Assembly: GCF_001194135.2 (NCBI RefSeq)
Contig: NC_068996.1
Coordinates: forward strand, 46,365,049 to 46,409,354
Source of the DNA: Octopus bimaculoides
Lineage: Eukaryota
DNA: 44,306 nucleotides
Direction of reading: 5' to 3'
Shown here: positions 12,806 through 24,562 of the stretch, one piece after another
Layout: each line of letters opens with the position of its first letter
Position numbering within the stretch: position 1 is the first letter of the stretch
Translations under genes and position numbers: made by a program
The notes under the pieces: generated by a model
What the model was told of the DNA's origin: nothing
Databases searched by the model: none
Seen by the model: the letters and a program-made list of their open reading frames with translations, nothing else

Positions 12806-13419
12806 GTATGCACGACAGGCTTCTTTCACTTTCCATCTACTAGATCCATCTCAAGGCTTTCATAGGTCCAAAGCTGCAGTAGAAGACACTTCCCCAAGGT
12901 GCCAAAGCAAGAACCATGTGGTTGGAAGACAAACTTTTTACCACACAGCCATGCTTGTACCTATATATTAAGATTCAGGATCCCTTCAAGACATCACTCC
13001 TGTTCCACAGCACATTCACGGGAACAAAACTGGTGAGTGAAACACTCCCCACTCCTTAATATTTTCATCCAATGAAATCATTTCCACAATTACATGCATC
13101 CGCAAACACACATTAATGATAATGTACTTTTAACTCATTTTGTTGGAAAGAAAGTTTAGATCAAACAATATAATAAAGCAATAAAAGTAACATTAAATTT
13201 TTATAACTAAATAAGCTGAAGTAACTGCTTTTGTTTTGTCTCATGTCTGCCCTGATAGAAGAAGGTCAGGGCGGACACAGGGGTATGCACAACAAATGCA
13301 TTGAATAATATTCTCTGTCCGGATTTAACTTTGTAAAACATTGTTAATGGTGTTGTTGTGAATGTGATGTTTTTGTTTTTTATTTCTGTGACAATATTAA
13401 TGTGTGAAAGATGACCAGG

Positions 13420-13945
13420 AGACAGATGTAGGGGTGAGAGAGAAAGAGATAGACAGAGGGAGAGAGAAGGGAGATAGAGAGGGAGAGAGAGAGGGAGAGA
13501 GAAAGGTGATAGAGAGGGAGAGAGAAAGGTGATAGAGAGGGAGAGGGACAGAGAGGGAGAGAGAAAGGAGACAGAGAGGGTGAGAGAAAGGAGACAGAGA
13601 GGGAGAGAGAAAGGAGACAGAGAGGGAGAGAGAAAGGAGAGGGAGAGAGAAAGGAGACAGAGAGGGAGAGAGAAAGGAGATAGAAAGAGAAAAGAGACAG
13701 AGAGAGAAAAGAGACAGAGAGAGAAAGGAGACAGAGAGGAAGAGAGAGAGGAGATAGAAAGGGAGTGAAAGGAGATAGAGAGGGAGAAACGGGATAGAAA
13801 GGGAGAATGAGATAGAGAGGGAGAGAAATATAGAGAAAGAGAGAGGAGAGAGAAGGAGATAGATAGAGAGGGAGAGAAAGGGAGAAAGAGAAAGAGAGAC
13901 AGAGAGGAGGCAAAAGACACAGAAAGAGGGAGAGAGATGTAGAAA
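13420..13945 (+). repeat. GA-rich low-complexity minisatellite
   Basis: Repeated gagggagagagaaaggagacaga-like units. Confidence 0.9.
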
Positions 13946-14501
13946 CATACACACACATATAGACAGAATTGTATGAACACTGAAATACTCTCGGATATTG
14001 AGACTATGAAACATCGGCAGAACATATTATTTTACCTCCATTACCATTAATTTGAGATTTATCAGTTTCAAATAAATTTTTTTAAATAACACATTGGCAA
14101 CGGACCTCGACAAATGTTCAACCAATGCATATGTGGAAAAGTGGATGTTAAAATAATGATGATAAATATAATGGACGGGGGGAAAAAAGAAAGAAAAAGG
14201 TACTCTGAAGATTGGGATATAAAAATATATATATACTTTATTATTAAAGCTACAAAAAAAACATCACAAATATCACAAAAAACTGCTACTCAGACTTTCA
14301 CATTCCCTTCCGTCGGACAGTTTTGATTGAGAATCTCAATCAAAGCTGTCCAATGAAAGGGAACATGAAACTTGAGTAGCAGTTATTTTGTGATGGTTTT
14401 TTTTTCACAAATAAAGCATATTACTCTACCTTCAGTATTCGAGTACTATTTTTACCACCTAGTTTCACATTTATGTGCATACTCTGGTGTGTGTGTGTGT
14501 G

Positions 14502-14544
<43 letters not shown>

Positions 14545-15089
14545 NNNNNNNNNNNNNNNNNNNNNNNNNNNNNNNNNNNNNNNNNNNNNNNNNNNNNNNN
14601 NNNNNNNNNNNNNNNNNNNNNNNNNNNNNNNNNNNNNNNNNNNNNNNNNNNNNNNNNNNNNNNNNNNNNNNNNNNNNNNNNNNNNNNNNNNNNNNNNNNN
14701 NNNNNNNNNNNNNNNNNNNNNNNNNNNNNNNNNNNNNNNNNNNNNNNNNNNNNNNNNNNNNNNNNNNNNNNNNNNNNNNNNNNNNNNNNNNNNNNNNNNN
14801 NNNNNNNNNNNNNNNNNNNNNNNNNNNNNNNNNNNNNNNNNNNNNNNNNNNNNNNNNNNNNNNNNNNNNNNNNNNNNNNNNNNNNNNNNNNNNNNNNNNN
14901 NNNNNNNNNNNNNNNNNNNNNNNNNNNNNNNNNNNNNNNNNNNNNNNNNNNNNNNNNNNNNNNNNNNNNNNNNNNNNNNNNNNNNNNNNNNNNNNNNNNN
15001 NNNNNNNNNNNNNNNNNNNNNNNNNNNNNNNNNNNNNNNNNNNNNNNNNNNNNNNNNNNNNNNNNNNNNNNNNNNNNNNNNNNNNNNNN

Positions 15090-15154
<65 letters not shown>

Positions 15155-15156
<2 letters not shown>

Positions 15157-15775
15157 CATCATTATTACTATCATCGTTTAACGTCCTCTTTCCATGCTGG
15201 CATGGGTTGGACGTTTTGACAAAAGCCAGCCAGGCAGAAGACTGCACCAGACTTCTGTGACTGTTTTGGCAGGGGTTTTACAGCTGGATGCCCTTCCAAA
15301 TGCCAACCACTTTACACTATGGACTAGGTGCTTTTTAAGTGACACCTACACCGACAGGGTCATCAAGTAAACTGCAAGTCAAAAATCTTTGAGAGAAAGA
15401 TTTTGTAAAGGAGGTACAAGGTCACCCAGCTGGAAAGAGAGCAAGAGATCAGGAATGAGGACAGAAACAGGTGTGCTGATGTAAAGGAGATACATGGTTA
15501 CCTAGTCAGAGACAAAACATCATCATCATCATCATCATCACCGTTTAATGTCCACTTTCCATGCTAGCATGGGTTGGACGGTTTGACTGAGGACTGTCAA
15601 GCCAGAAGGCTGCACCAGGCTCCAATCTGATCTGGCAGAGTTTCTACAGCTGGATGCCCTTCCTAACACCAACCACTCCGAGAGTGTAGTGAGTGCTTTT
15701 ACGTGCCACTGGCACGAGAGCCAGTCACACGGTACTGGCAACGGCCACGCTCAAAAAGGTGTTTTTTACGTGCCC
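15155..15775 (-). mobile_element. Two copies of the RTE-LINE 3'-tail repeat
   Basis: (CAT)n-cgtttaa..tcc.ctttccatgc..gcatgggttggacg...ggatgcccttcc. Other copies at about 1250-1450, 11525-11670, 17547-17780, 18050-18200, 27305-27580, 29697-30060, 30705-30960, 35120-35390, 36160-36340 and 39585-40100 (-), and 20262-20450, 27815-28085, 35590-35825 and 36800-36960 (+). Confidence 0.8.
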
Positions 15776-15778
15776 CGT

Positions 15779-15837
15779 GGAGGCACAATAGCCCAGTGGT
15801 TAGGGCAGCGGACTCACGGTGGTAGGATCGCGGTTGG
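15779..15837 (+). mobile_element. Truncated tRNA-like head of another SINE family
   Basis: ggaggcacaatagcccagtggttagggcagcggactcacggtggtaggatcgcggtt: has an A-box and breaks off at the B-box. Confidence 0.5.
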
Positions 15838-17188
15838 GCTCAAGAGTGTAGGGGCCTTATTCTTACCACAATATTATGGTAGTTAACCAATTTCAACCAC
15901 TGCAACAGGTTTAGAAGAACAATGGAAGAACAATGTTCGGAAGTACTTTAACCCAAAGTGCAAGGAACATAATCAGCCAGGGAAGAGGGACACAACAGGG
16001 AAAATATGATTTATTTGAAGAATTTTAATAAATATCAATCAGACCCAGCTTCAGAAGTGTATTAATTTGAATCTGTTAAATACTATTTAGTGCCTTACCT
16101 TTTTATAGTTCATTTGAAAGAGAGAGAGGGGGGACAGACAGGCAGGCAGGCAGGCAGACAAACAGGCAGGCAAATAGGCAGGCAGACAGACAGACAGAGA
16201 CAAGTAGGCAGACAGACAGAGAGGTGGAGGTGGATTCTCCTTAGAAAATTGGAAAATCTAGAACTCTGAGACAATTCTTGTCCCATGTCAGCTAGATAAT
16301 TGGTCTGTCACTGAAACTAAATTACTAATGTATCTATTTTTCTGCTGTTTCGATTCTTATACAACTATGTGCACCTGATGATAAACAGATCACCATCTGA
16401 AGCAAAGTCATCAGCAATTCTTAGTAAATCCTAAATGCTTTGAGTAAGACGTGTGATGATTTGTTCAAACCATAAAGAGAGATGACTTCTTCAAAGTCAG
16501 TTTACTCCTAGCCAGTCGCTATGACATGCAGAAACATTCAGTTTTATAAACAATGCATATTTAGAGTCTATTAACAAGTTCAAACATGCCTTCAATATGT
16601 AAATATGTTTTGGACATACTTATACTTCCAGAAACTGAACTGATTTATATTTAGGGTAGCATTAGGGTGCTGATGGTCTCAGACAAAGACACAGAACATA
16701 TTCATGTCCTAACTACCACCAAAATAACTGACGTGTTATTTTAATCCTTCTAATGCTCTAACGCAAATGCAATCAGCAAATTTCTTTACCTTTAATCAGG
16801 TCATTACCTGTTACCTTAAAACTGTCAAACAAATATATTCTGAGTTTGTTTTTCTTTTGTTTTTGTTTTTTTTTGGGGGGGGGGGTGAGAATTAAGCAAT
16901 TGGATACAGTCATTTATTTAGAAAAAAATCTGAAATACATTATTCAACCATTTCTAATTAATTACTGACAATTATTTATTAATTTCTAAGAGTTTATTTG
17001 ATTTGCCTTTCTCGTTAATTATTGTAGCAAGATTTTGAACATGCAAGTCTGGTTGTGTAGTGCAGCCACATGGTTCCAGGTTCAGTCCCACTGGATGGCA
17101 TCTTGGGTAGGTGTCTTATACTATAGCCTCAGGCCAACCAAAGCCTTGTGAATGAATTTGGTAGATGGAAACTGAAAGAAGCCCATTG

Positions 17189-17546
17189 TATCAGGTCATT
17201 AAGAATGAAATGTCCGGTTTTGAACTGAAAGCTAGTTTACTTTATCTGAACAAAAAGTGATGCAGTTAAACAAAATATGCACCTAAATTATCAACACAAC
17301 TTTACCATTTTATTGGTAGCTTATTTATGCCAGCAGCAAAGAATTCTGGAGAGCAAGAGGTGAAGAAATCACGAAAGATTGTTTTTGCATCTTCTTCAGA
17401 TTTTAAGTTTTTTTCTTTGCAAAAAGTTGTCTAATGCCTGGAAAACATGATAGTCAGTTGGTGCAAGGTTTGGTGAATATGGTGGATGACAGAGTACTTC
17501 CAAATTCAGTTCCTGTAACTTGAACAGCATTCTTTGTGCAACATGT
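17189..17546 (-). mobile_element. Mariner transposase 3' fragment with TIR, inserted in a SINE
   Basis: LQELNLEVLCHPPYSPNLAPTDYHVFQALDNFL, then degenerate ...GINKLP..W..C. TIR-like TAtcaggtcattaagaatgaaatgtccggtttt at 17189. Confidence 0.85.
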
Positions 17547-18201
17547 GGTTTGACTGAAGCTGGTAAGCTGGAGGGCTGTACCAGGTTCCAAACTGATTTG
17601 GCATGATTTCTACGGCAGGATGCCCTTCCTAACATCAACCCCTCCAAGAGTGTAATGGGTGCTTTTTGCTTGCCACTGGCACAGATGCCATATACATAAC
17701 ACCAGCATCAGCCACAACTATGAGCTCACTTGGCTTGATGGGTTTTCTGAAGCAGAGAATATCACCAAATGTCTCGGTCACTTATCATTGTTTTCGTGAG
17801 ACAATGTTGTGCATAGAACAAATGACAACTGGGTGAAAATTTCTGAGCAATACAGGTAGACTTATGCAAAACATTGGTAAAAGTGCTGAGAGCTGATCCC
17901 AGGATCTTGATCCTCGCAGAAAACATGGTGAAGGAGATGACAGTGAAGAGAGGTGGTGTTTTGCAACCAACTCATACCAGCATGGAAAACCTGTTGATGG
18001 TGACTTTATTACCAGCCGTCATCCAGGAATTTCACAAGACATCACCATCATTGTCATCATTCTAATGCCTACTTTTCCATGCTCACATGGATTGGATGGA
18101 ATTTGTTGAGGTAAATTTGGTACAGCTGGGTGCCCTCCCTATCACTAACCCTCAGCTGTTTACAAGTAAGGTAATGCTTCCTCATAACCAGATATGTTTT
18201 C

Positions 18202-19915
18202 ACTATCAGAACTAGAGGAGAAGTTTCAGGACTATCAGAACTAGAGGAGAAGTTTCAGGTGTGGAAGCAAGGTCTAGAATTGAAGGGCCTTAGAGTCAAC
18301 CTAGCTAAAACCAAAATCCTAATAAGTAGGAAGGTAGATAAAACACAAACCCCTTCAGGTAGATGGCCCTGCTCAGTATGTAGAAAAGGAGTAGGTAGTA
18401 ACTCTATAAGATGTACCCGGTGCAAGCTATGGACACATAAGAGGTGCAGCAACATCAAAGGCAGGTTAACTAGCAAGTTAGTTTTTGTTTGTGGCAGATG
18501 TTCAGGTGCAATAAAGACTGCAAACAAACAGGAAACAACTTCTATCTCATTCCAGGGTGAAAAACTAGAGGTAGTCGATAGCTTCCGCTATCTGGGCGAC
18601 CAAGTTAGTAGTGGGGGTGGGTGCNNNNNNNNNNNNNNNNNNNNNNNNNNNNNNNNNNNNNNNNNNNNNNNNNNNNNNNNNNNNNNNNNNNNNNNNNNNN
18701 NNNNNNNNNNNNNNNNNNNNNNNNNNNNNNNNNNNNNNNNNNNNNNNNNNNNNNNNNNNNNNNNNNNNNNNNNNNNNNNNNNNNNNNNNNNNNNNNNNNN
18801 NNNNNNNNNNNNNNNNNNNNNNNNNNNNNNNNNNNNNNNNNNNNNNNNNNNNNNNNNNNNNNNNNNNNNNNNNNNNNNNNNNNNNNNNNNNNNNNNNNNN
18901 NNNNNNNNNNNNNNNNNNNNNNNNNNNNNNNNNNNNNNNNNNNNNNNNNNNNNNNNNNNNNNNNNNNNNNNNNNNNNNNNNNNNNNNNNNNNNNNNNNNN
19001 NNNNNNNNNNNNNNNNNNNNNNNNNNNNNNNNNNNNNNNNNNNNNNNNNNNNNNNNNNNNNNNNNNNNNNNNNNNNNNNNNNNNNNNNNNNNNNNNNNNN
19101 NNNNNNNNNNNNNNNNNNNNNNNNNNNNNNNNNNNNNNNNNNNNNNNNNNNNNNNNNNNNNNNNNNNNNNNNNNNNNNNNNNNNNNNNNNNNNNNNNNNN
19201 NNNNNNNNNNNNNNNNNNNNNNNNNNNNNNNNNNNNNNNNNNNNNNNNNNNNNNNNNNNNNNNNNNNNNNNNNNNNNNNNNNNNNNNNNNNNNNNNNNNN
19301 NNNNNNNNNNNNNNNNNNNNNNNNNNNNNNNNNNNNNNNNNNNNNNNNNNNNNNNNNNNNNNNNNNNNNNNNNNNNNNNNNNNNNNNNNNNNNNNNNNNN
19401 NNNNNNNNNNNNNNNNNNNNNNNNNNNNNNNNNNNNNNNNNNNNNNNNNNNNNNNNNNNNNNNNNNNNNNNNNNNNNNNNNNNNNNNNNNNNNNNNNNNN
19501 NNNNNNNNNNNNNNNNNNNNNNNNNNNNNNNNNNNNNNNNNNNNNNNNNNNNNNNNNNNNNNNNNNNNNNNNNNNNNNNNNNNNNNNNNNNNNNNNNNNN
19601 NNNNNNNNNNNNNNNNNGGCTCCTGTAGGATTTTCGAGCGAGATCGTTGCCAGTGCCCCTGGACTGGCTTGTGCGGGTGGCACATAAAAGACACCATTTC
19701 GAGCGTGGCCGTTTTCGTGCGGGTGACACGTAAAAGCACCCACTACACTCTCTGAGTGGTTGGCGTTAGGAAGGGCATCCAGCTGTAGAAACTCTGCCAA
19801 ATCAGACTGGAGCCTGGTGTTGCCATCCGGTTTCACCAGTCCTCAGTCAAATCGTCCAACCCATGCTAGCATGGAAAGCGGACGTTAAACGATGATGATG
19901 ATGATGATGATGATG
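18202..19915 (+). mobile_element. 5'-truncated RTE-clade LINE: RT segment with inserted PHD-like Cys/His finger, N-gap, then 3' UTR and (GAT)n tail
   Basis: LSELEEKFQVWKQGLELKGLRVNLAKTKIL...WPCSVCRKGVGSNSIRCTRCKLWTHKRCS...FVCGRCS...LEVVDSFRYLGDQVSSGGGC. After the 993-N gap comes the tail ...catgctagcatggaaagcggacgttaaac(gat)n. That both sides of the gap belong to one element is inferred. Confidence 0.85.
18625..19617. other. Assembly gap (largest of nine)
   Basis: N runs at 712-930, 3249-3944, 8316-8887, 14545-15089, 18625-19617, 22828-22922, 23332-23378, 40568-40577 and 41243-41323, most of them next to microsatellites or other repeats. Confidence 1.
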
Positions 19916-20100
19916 AAAAGACTGGAAACGATGGAGATTATTTGCATGATTGTGAAACTCACAATCACATGATGTTAAGCAAGGGAACAGTGCTGCCTGA
20001 CTGGCTAAAAACACCATTCGAGTATAGTCGATGCCAGTGCTGCCTAACTGGTTCCCATGCTGGTGGTATGTAAAAAGCACCATTCAAGAGTGGTTGATGC

Positions 20101-20251
20101 CGATATTTATCCTCATCTTGTTTGTTGTTAACACAAATGTTTCGACTGATATACCCTCCAGCCTTCTTCAGGTGTTTGGGGAAATTTCAAACCTGGGTTC
20201 TCATTCCTAAGATATTTTTCCGATGTTGTTGTTATTATTATTATTATTATT
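20101..20251 (-). mobile_element. Truncated single copy of the same element
   Basis: Reverse complement contains gaatgagaacccagg...aacacCTGAAGAaggctggagggtatatcagtcGAAAc and the family tail. Confidence 0.75.
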
Positions 20252-21164
20252 CTGACTGGCCCCCGTGCCGGTGGCACATAAAAAGCACCCACTACACTCT
20301 TGGAGTGGTTGGCACCAAGAAGGGCATCCAGCTGTTGAAACCTTGCCAGATCAGATTGGAGTCTTGTGCAGCCTCCTGGCTTGCCAGTCCACAGTCAAAC
20401 CATCCAACCCATGCCAGCATGGAAAGCGGACGTTAAACGATGATGATGATTTATATATATAACGAGCTCCTTTCAGTTGTCCTTTACCAAATCTACTCAC
20501 AAGACTTTGGTTAATCCAGGGATACAGAAGAAAACACTTGCCCAAGGTGCCACACAAGGAGTCTGAACCTGAAGCCTGGTGGTTGAGAAGCAAGCTTCTT
20601 ACCACACAGCCATACTTGTGCCTATATTGTATCATGTGTACATATGTGTGAGTGTGTGTGTGTGTGTGTATACATACATACGTATATAAGATCATGACTT
20701 GCTAAATTTTAATAGGATAATGAACAACCAGTCAAAGTAGCAGTTTGTATCCTGTTACCAGTGCTGTTTTATGTCTATGACCAAGAAAATCTCAAAGAAC
20801 CAGTTCACCTTGGTATAAATAGGTAATGCAAAATTGTAGCAACTCACCACAATAAACAACTTCTGTTGTTATGTTGCAGAACCCCGGTTTTACTCTGACC
20901 AAGCAAACCAATATGATCAAAGACACTCCAACGGTAACCATCCAATCATTTTGAGGCACAACATAATTCTAGGTGTTCTATTTTTTAGAACAGTAGGGCA
21001 TGATAGAAGGAAGATTTGACTGCTATTTCTGGCTAATCAAACAACAATATAGAAGCTTCCTTGCTGTATCAAAGATTGGTCAGGTGGTTTTTGTTGTTTA
21101 GCTCCAGATTAGCCCCAATCAAATAGACTTGTGATGAAGAGCATTCCAGCTATGATCATCTCAA

Positions 21165-21389
21165 CTCTTTAACATCTAGATTTCTTTGTCAAATATAATG
21201 CTTGTTCATCCATGTTGTTTTGAATTAAATCTGCATTATCTCAACAGTTTTAATATTTTGATGGTGTGGTTGATTATTTTTAGAATAACATTTTCAGGTA
21301 CATGTGACAGGCCAAATCTGGCCAGTTTGAACATAAGACAGGTAGAATATTTTGACCAGATATGGCAGGTGTACATGCTAAAGGGTTAA
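21165..21389. mobile_element. piggyBac-like MITE, uninterrupted copy
   Basis: Same body as the other two copies; right end atgctaaaggg-ttaa, degenerate left end. Confidence 0.6.
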
Positions 21390-21401
21390 GAAGTGTAAGA
21401 C

Positions 21402-21945
21402 TACATCATCTAATACAGTTCTATATTTAAGAGATGAGGAATTACGTACTTTATTTACATTATTTATATTTGACGGATATTTGTCCCCATCTTGTTTGTT
21501 GTTAACACAACATTTCAGCTGATATACCCTCCAGCCTTCATCTGGTGTTTTGGGGAAATTTTGAACCTGGGTTCTCATTCCTAAGGTATTTTTCAATATT
21601 ATTATTATTATTATTATTATTGTTATTATTATTCAGGTAACTGCCTGGAATCGAACTCGGAATCTTGGGTTTAGTAGCCTGTGCTCTTAACCACTACACC
21701 AAATGCCTGTGGGCATATGGCAAGTTCTATTCCAGGCAGTGACCTGAATAATAATAATAATAATAATAATCAACAACAACAGCATTGAAAAATACCTTAG
21801 GAATGAGAACCCAGGTTCGAATTTCCCCCAAGACACCTGATGAAGGCTAGAGGGTAAATCAGCCGGAATGTTATGTTAACAACAAACAAGATGAGAACAA
21901 ATATCCATCAATTGTAAATAATGTAAATAATGTACATCATCTAAT
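21402..21945. mobile_element. Second head-to-head dimer of the same tRNA-headed, hammerhead-like element
   Basis: Complete minus arm and a plus arm with an internal head deletion; tacatcatctaat at 21402-21414 and 21933-21945. Confidence 0.78.
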
Positions 21946-22339
21946 GTTTGCAATCCTTGTAGAGTGTGATTTGGTGAAGAGGGGAGATTTGGCTGCTTTG
22001 TTTAGCTTTTTGAGTAACAAGACGGAGGTTCCTACACAGCTCTATAACATTGAAAAGTGATGCATTTTGCCAGCAGTATGGAACCCTAAACTTCTTGGAG
22101 ACTACTGAGTTTTTGCCAGGCTTATTGATTTATTCCAAGTCCATCACAACAAAACAAAGAACTTTGGAGGTGCACTGAGGGCCTCATTAATTTATATGTT
22201 CCACAGTTAAAGAAGCCTGCTTTGTAATCATGTAGTTCTTGGGTTCCATCCAACCACATAGCTTCCATCCTGGGTGTCTTGTTATAACCCCAAATTGACC
22301 AACGCACTATGAGCAAAATTTGGTAGACAGAATCTGTAC

Positions 22340-23600
22340 AGATTGATAGAGAGGGCAAGTGAAGAAAGGGGGGACAGGAGGGGGAGAATGCAAAGACAAA
22401 GAGCAAGAGGGATGGAGGGACGGAGGGAAAGAAAGAGAGCAAAAGAGAAAGAGAGCAAAAAAGAGAGAACGAGAGAGAGAGAGAGAGAGCACGAGAGAGA
22501 GAGCACGAGAGAGAGAGCACGAGAGAGAGAGCACGAGAGAGAGAGCACGAGAGAGAGAGCACGAGAGAGAGAGAGAGAGAGCACGAGAGAGAGAGAGCAC
22601 GAGAGAGAGAGAGAGAGAGCACGAGAGAGAGCAAGAGTGAAAGACAGAGAGAGCAAGAGAGAGCAAGAGAGGGAGAGAGCAAGTGAGAGAGCAAGTGAGA
22701 GAGAAAGAGAGAGCAAGTGAAAGAGAGAGCAAGTGAAAGAGAGAGCAAGTGAAAGAGAGAGCAAGTGAAAGAGAGAGCAAGTGAAAGAGAGAGCAAGTGA
22801 AAGAGAGAGCAAGTGAAAGAGAGAGCANNNNNNNNNNNNNNNNNNNNNNNNNNNNNNNNNNNNNNNNNNNNNNNNNNNNNNNNNNNNNNNNNNNNNNNNN
22901 NNNNNNNNNNNNNNNNNNNNNNAGTGAAAGAGAGAGCAAGTGAAAGAGAGAGCAAGTGAAAGAGAGAGCAAGTGAAAGAGAGAGCAAGTGAAAGAGAGAG
23001 CAAGTGAGAAGGAGAGCTAGTGAGAAGGAGAGCTAGTGAGAAGGAGAGCTAGTGAGAAGGAGAGCTAGTGAGAAGGAGAGCTAGTGAGAAGGAGAGCTAG
23101 TGATAGGGAGAGAGAGCAAGTGAGAAAGAGAGAGAGCAAGTGAGGAAGAGAGAGAGCAAGTGAGAGAGAGAGAGAGAGAGCAAGTGAGAGGGAGAGAGCA
23201 AGTGAGAGAGGGAGAGAGCAAGTGAGAGAGAGAGAGCAAGTGTGAGAGAGCAAGTGAGAGAGAGCAAGTGAGAGAGAGCAAGTGAGAGAGAGCAAGTGAG
23301 AGAGAGCAAGTGAGAGAGAGAGGGAGAGAGCNNNNNNNNNNNNNNNNNNNNNNNNNNNNNNNNNNNNNNNNNNNNNNNGAGCAAGTGAGAGAGAGAGAGA
23401 GCAAGTGAGAGGGAGAGAGCAAGTGAGAGAGAGAGAGAGGGAGAGAGCAAGTGAGAGAGGGAGAGAGCAAGTGAGAGAGAGAGAGAGCAAGTGAGAGGGA
23501 GAGAGCAAGTGAGAGAGAGAGAGCAAGTGAGAGAGAGAGAGAGCAAGTGAGAGAGAAAGAGAGCAAGTGAGAGGGAGAGAGAGCAAGTGAGAGCAAGTGG
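22340..23600 (+). repeat. GA-rich compound minisatellite (gagcac(ga)n, then gagcaagtgaaagaga, gagctagtgagaagga, gagcaagt(ga)n)
   Basis: Read directly; contains two N-gaps. Confidence 0.92.
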
Positions 23601-24053
23601 TTTAACACTGGGCCATGCACCCTCACATACTTCCTATACAAGGATATATACAAATACACACATAAGACAGGTTTTTTCCAGTTTCCATCTGCCAAATCCA
23701 TTCATTAGGATTTGGTCAGCCTAAAGCTATAGTAAAATACACATACCCAAGATGCTGTATAGCAGAACTGAACCCAAGACCACATGGTTGGGAAGTAATC
23801 TTCTTAAACACACAGCTGTGCCTGTATTTATCATTGTATGCAAAAAGTAAACATGATAGCAAAGCCATACCCCCCCCCTATAGGGATCATACAATTAAAT
23901 TTATGCTCCCCTCTATTCAGGATTGTTGTTAATTAGCCCCAGGTCTTCCCTAACTGAGCTGTCCTATTTAATCAAAAGCATTCTAACCACAATCATTCCA
24001 TTTTTTTCAATGTCTACAAGAGTACATTATCTTATGCACCCTTTCTTATATTT

Positions 24054-24562
24054 TTAACCCTTTAGCATTCAGAATATTCTGTCAAATGTAATGCTTATTT
24101 ATTCACATTGTCTGGAATTAATCATACATTATCTAAAACAGGGGTTTTCAAACTTTTTGACTTGCGAACCCCTTTATATTTCAGGCTTTACCTTAGGGAC
24201 CCCCTTATAAACGCTTATGAAATTTATACATAAATATTTGCTTAAAATAACATATTTTTACATTTATTTATTTAACAGTATTTAACAAATAGGTTTATTG
24301 TCAATTAAAAGATTTTGATTAAAAAACATATATAAAATCAAATTGCCCATAAAAAGTATTTGCTGTCCACGGACGACACCCTGTCTTGTCCTTGCGGACC
24401 CCGTGGTCTGCAGACCACAGTTTGAAAACCCCTGATCTAAAAGCTATGAAATTGCAATGATGTAATTATTTATGTTTAGAATAACATTGAAAGAAAGGTG
24501 TTTGAACATAGAGCAAGGTAGATAATTTGGGCCAGATATGGCCAGTTTAAATGCAAGGTTAA
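24054..24562. mobile_element. piggyBac-like MITE (TTAA ends) carrying the nested hAT MITE
   Basis: ttaa-ccctttagcatt...aatgcaagg-ttaa; the body matches the copies at 21165 and 39410. Confidence 0.65.
24139..24434. mobile_element. hAT (Charlie-like) MITE
   Basis: Perfect 16-bp TIRs CAGGGGTTTTCAAACT and an 8-bp TSD ATCTAAAA (24131-24138, 24435-24442). Confidence 0.9.
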
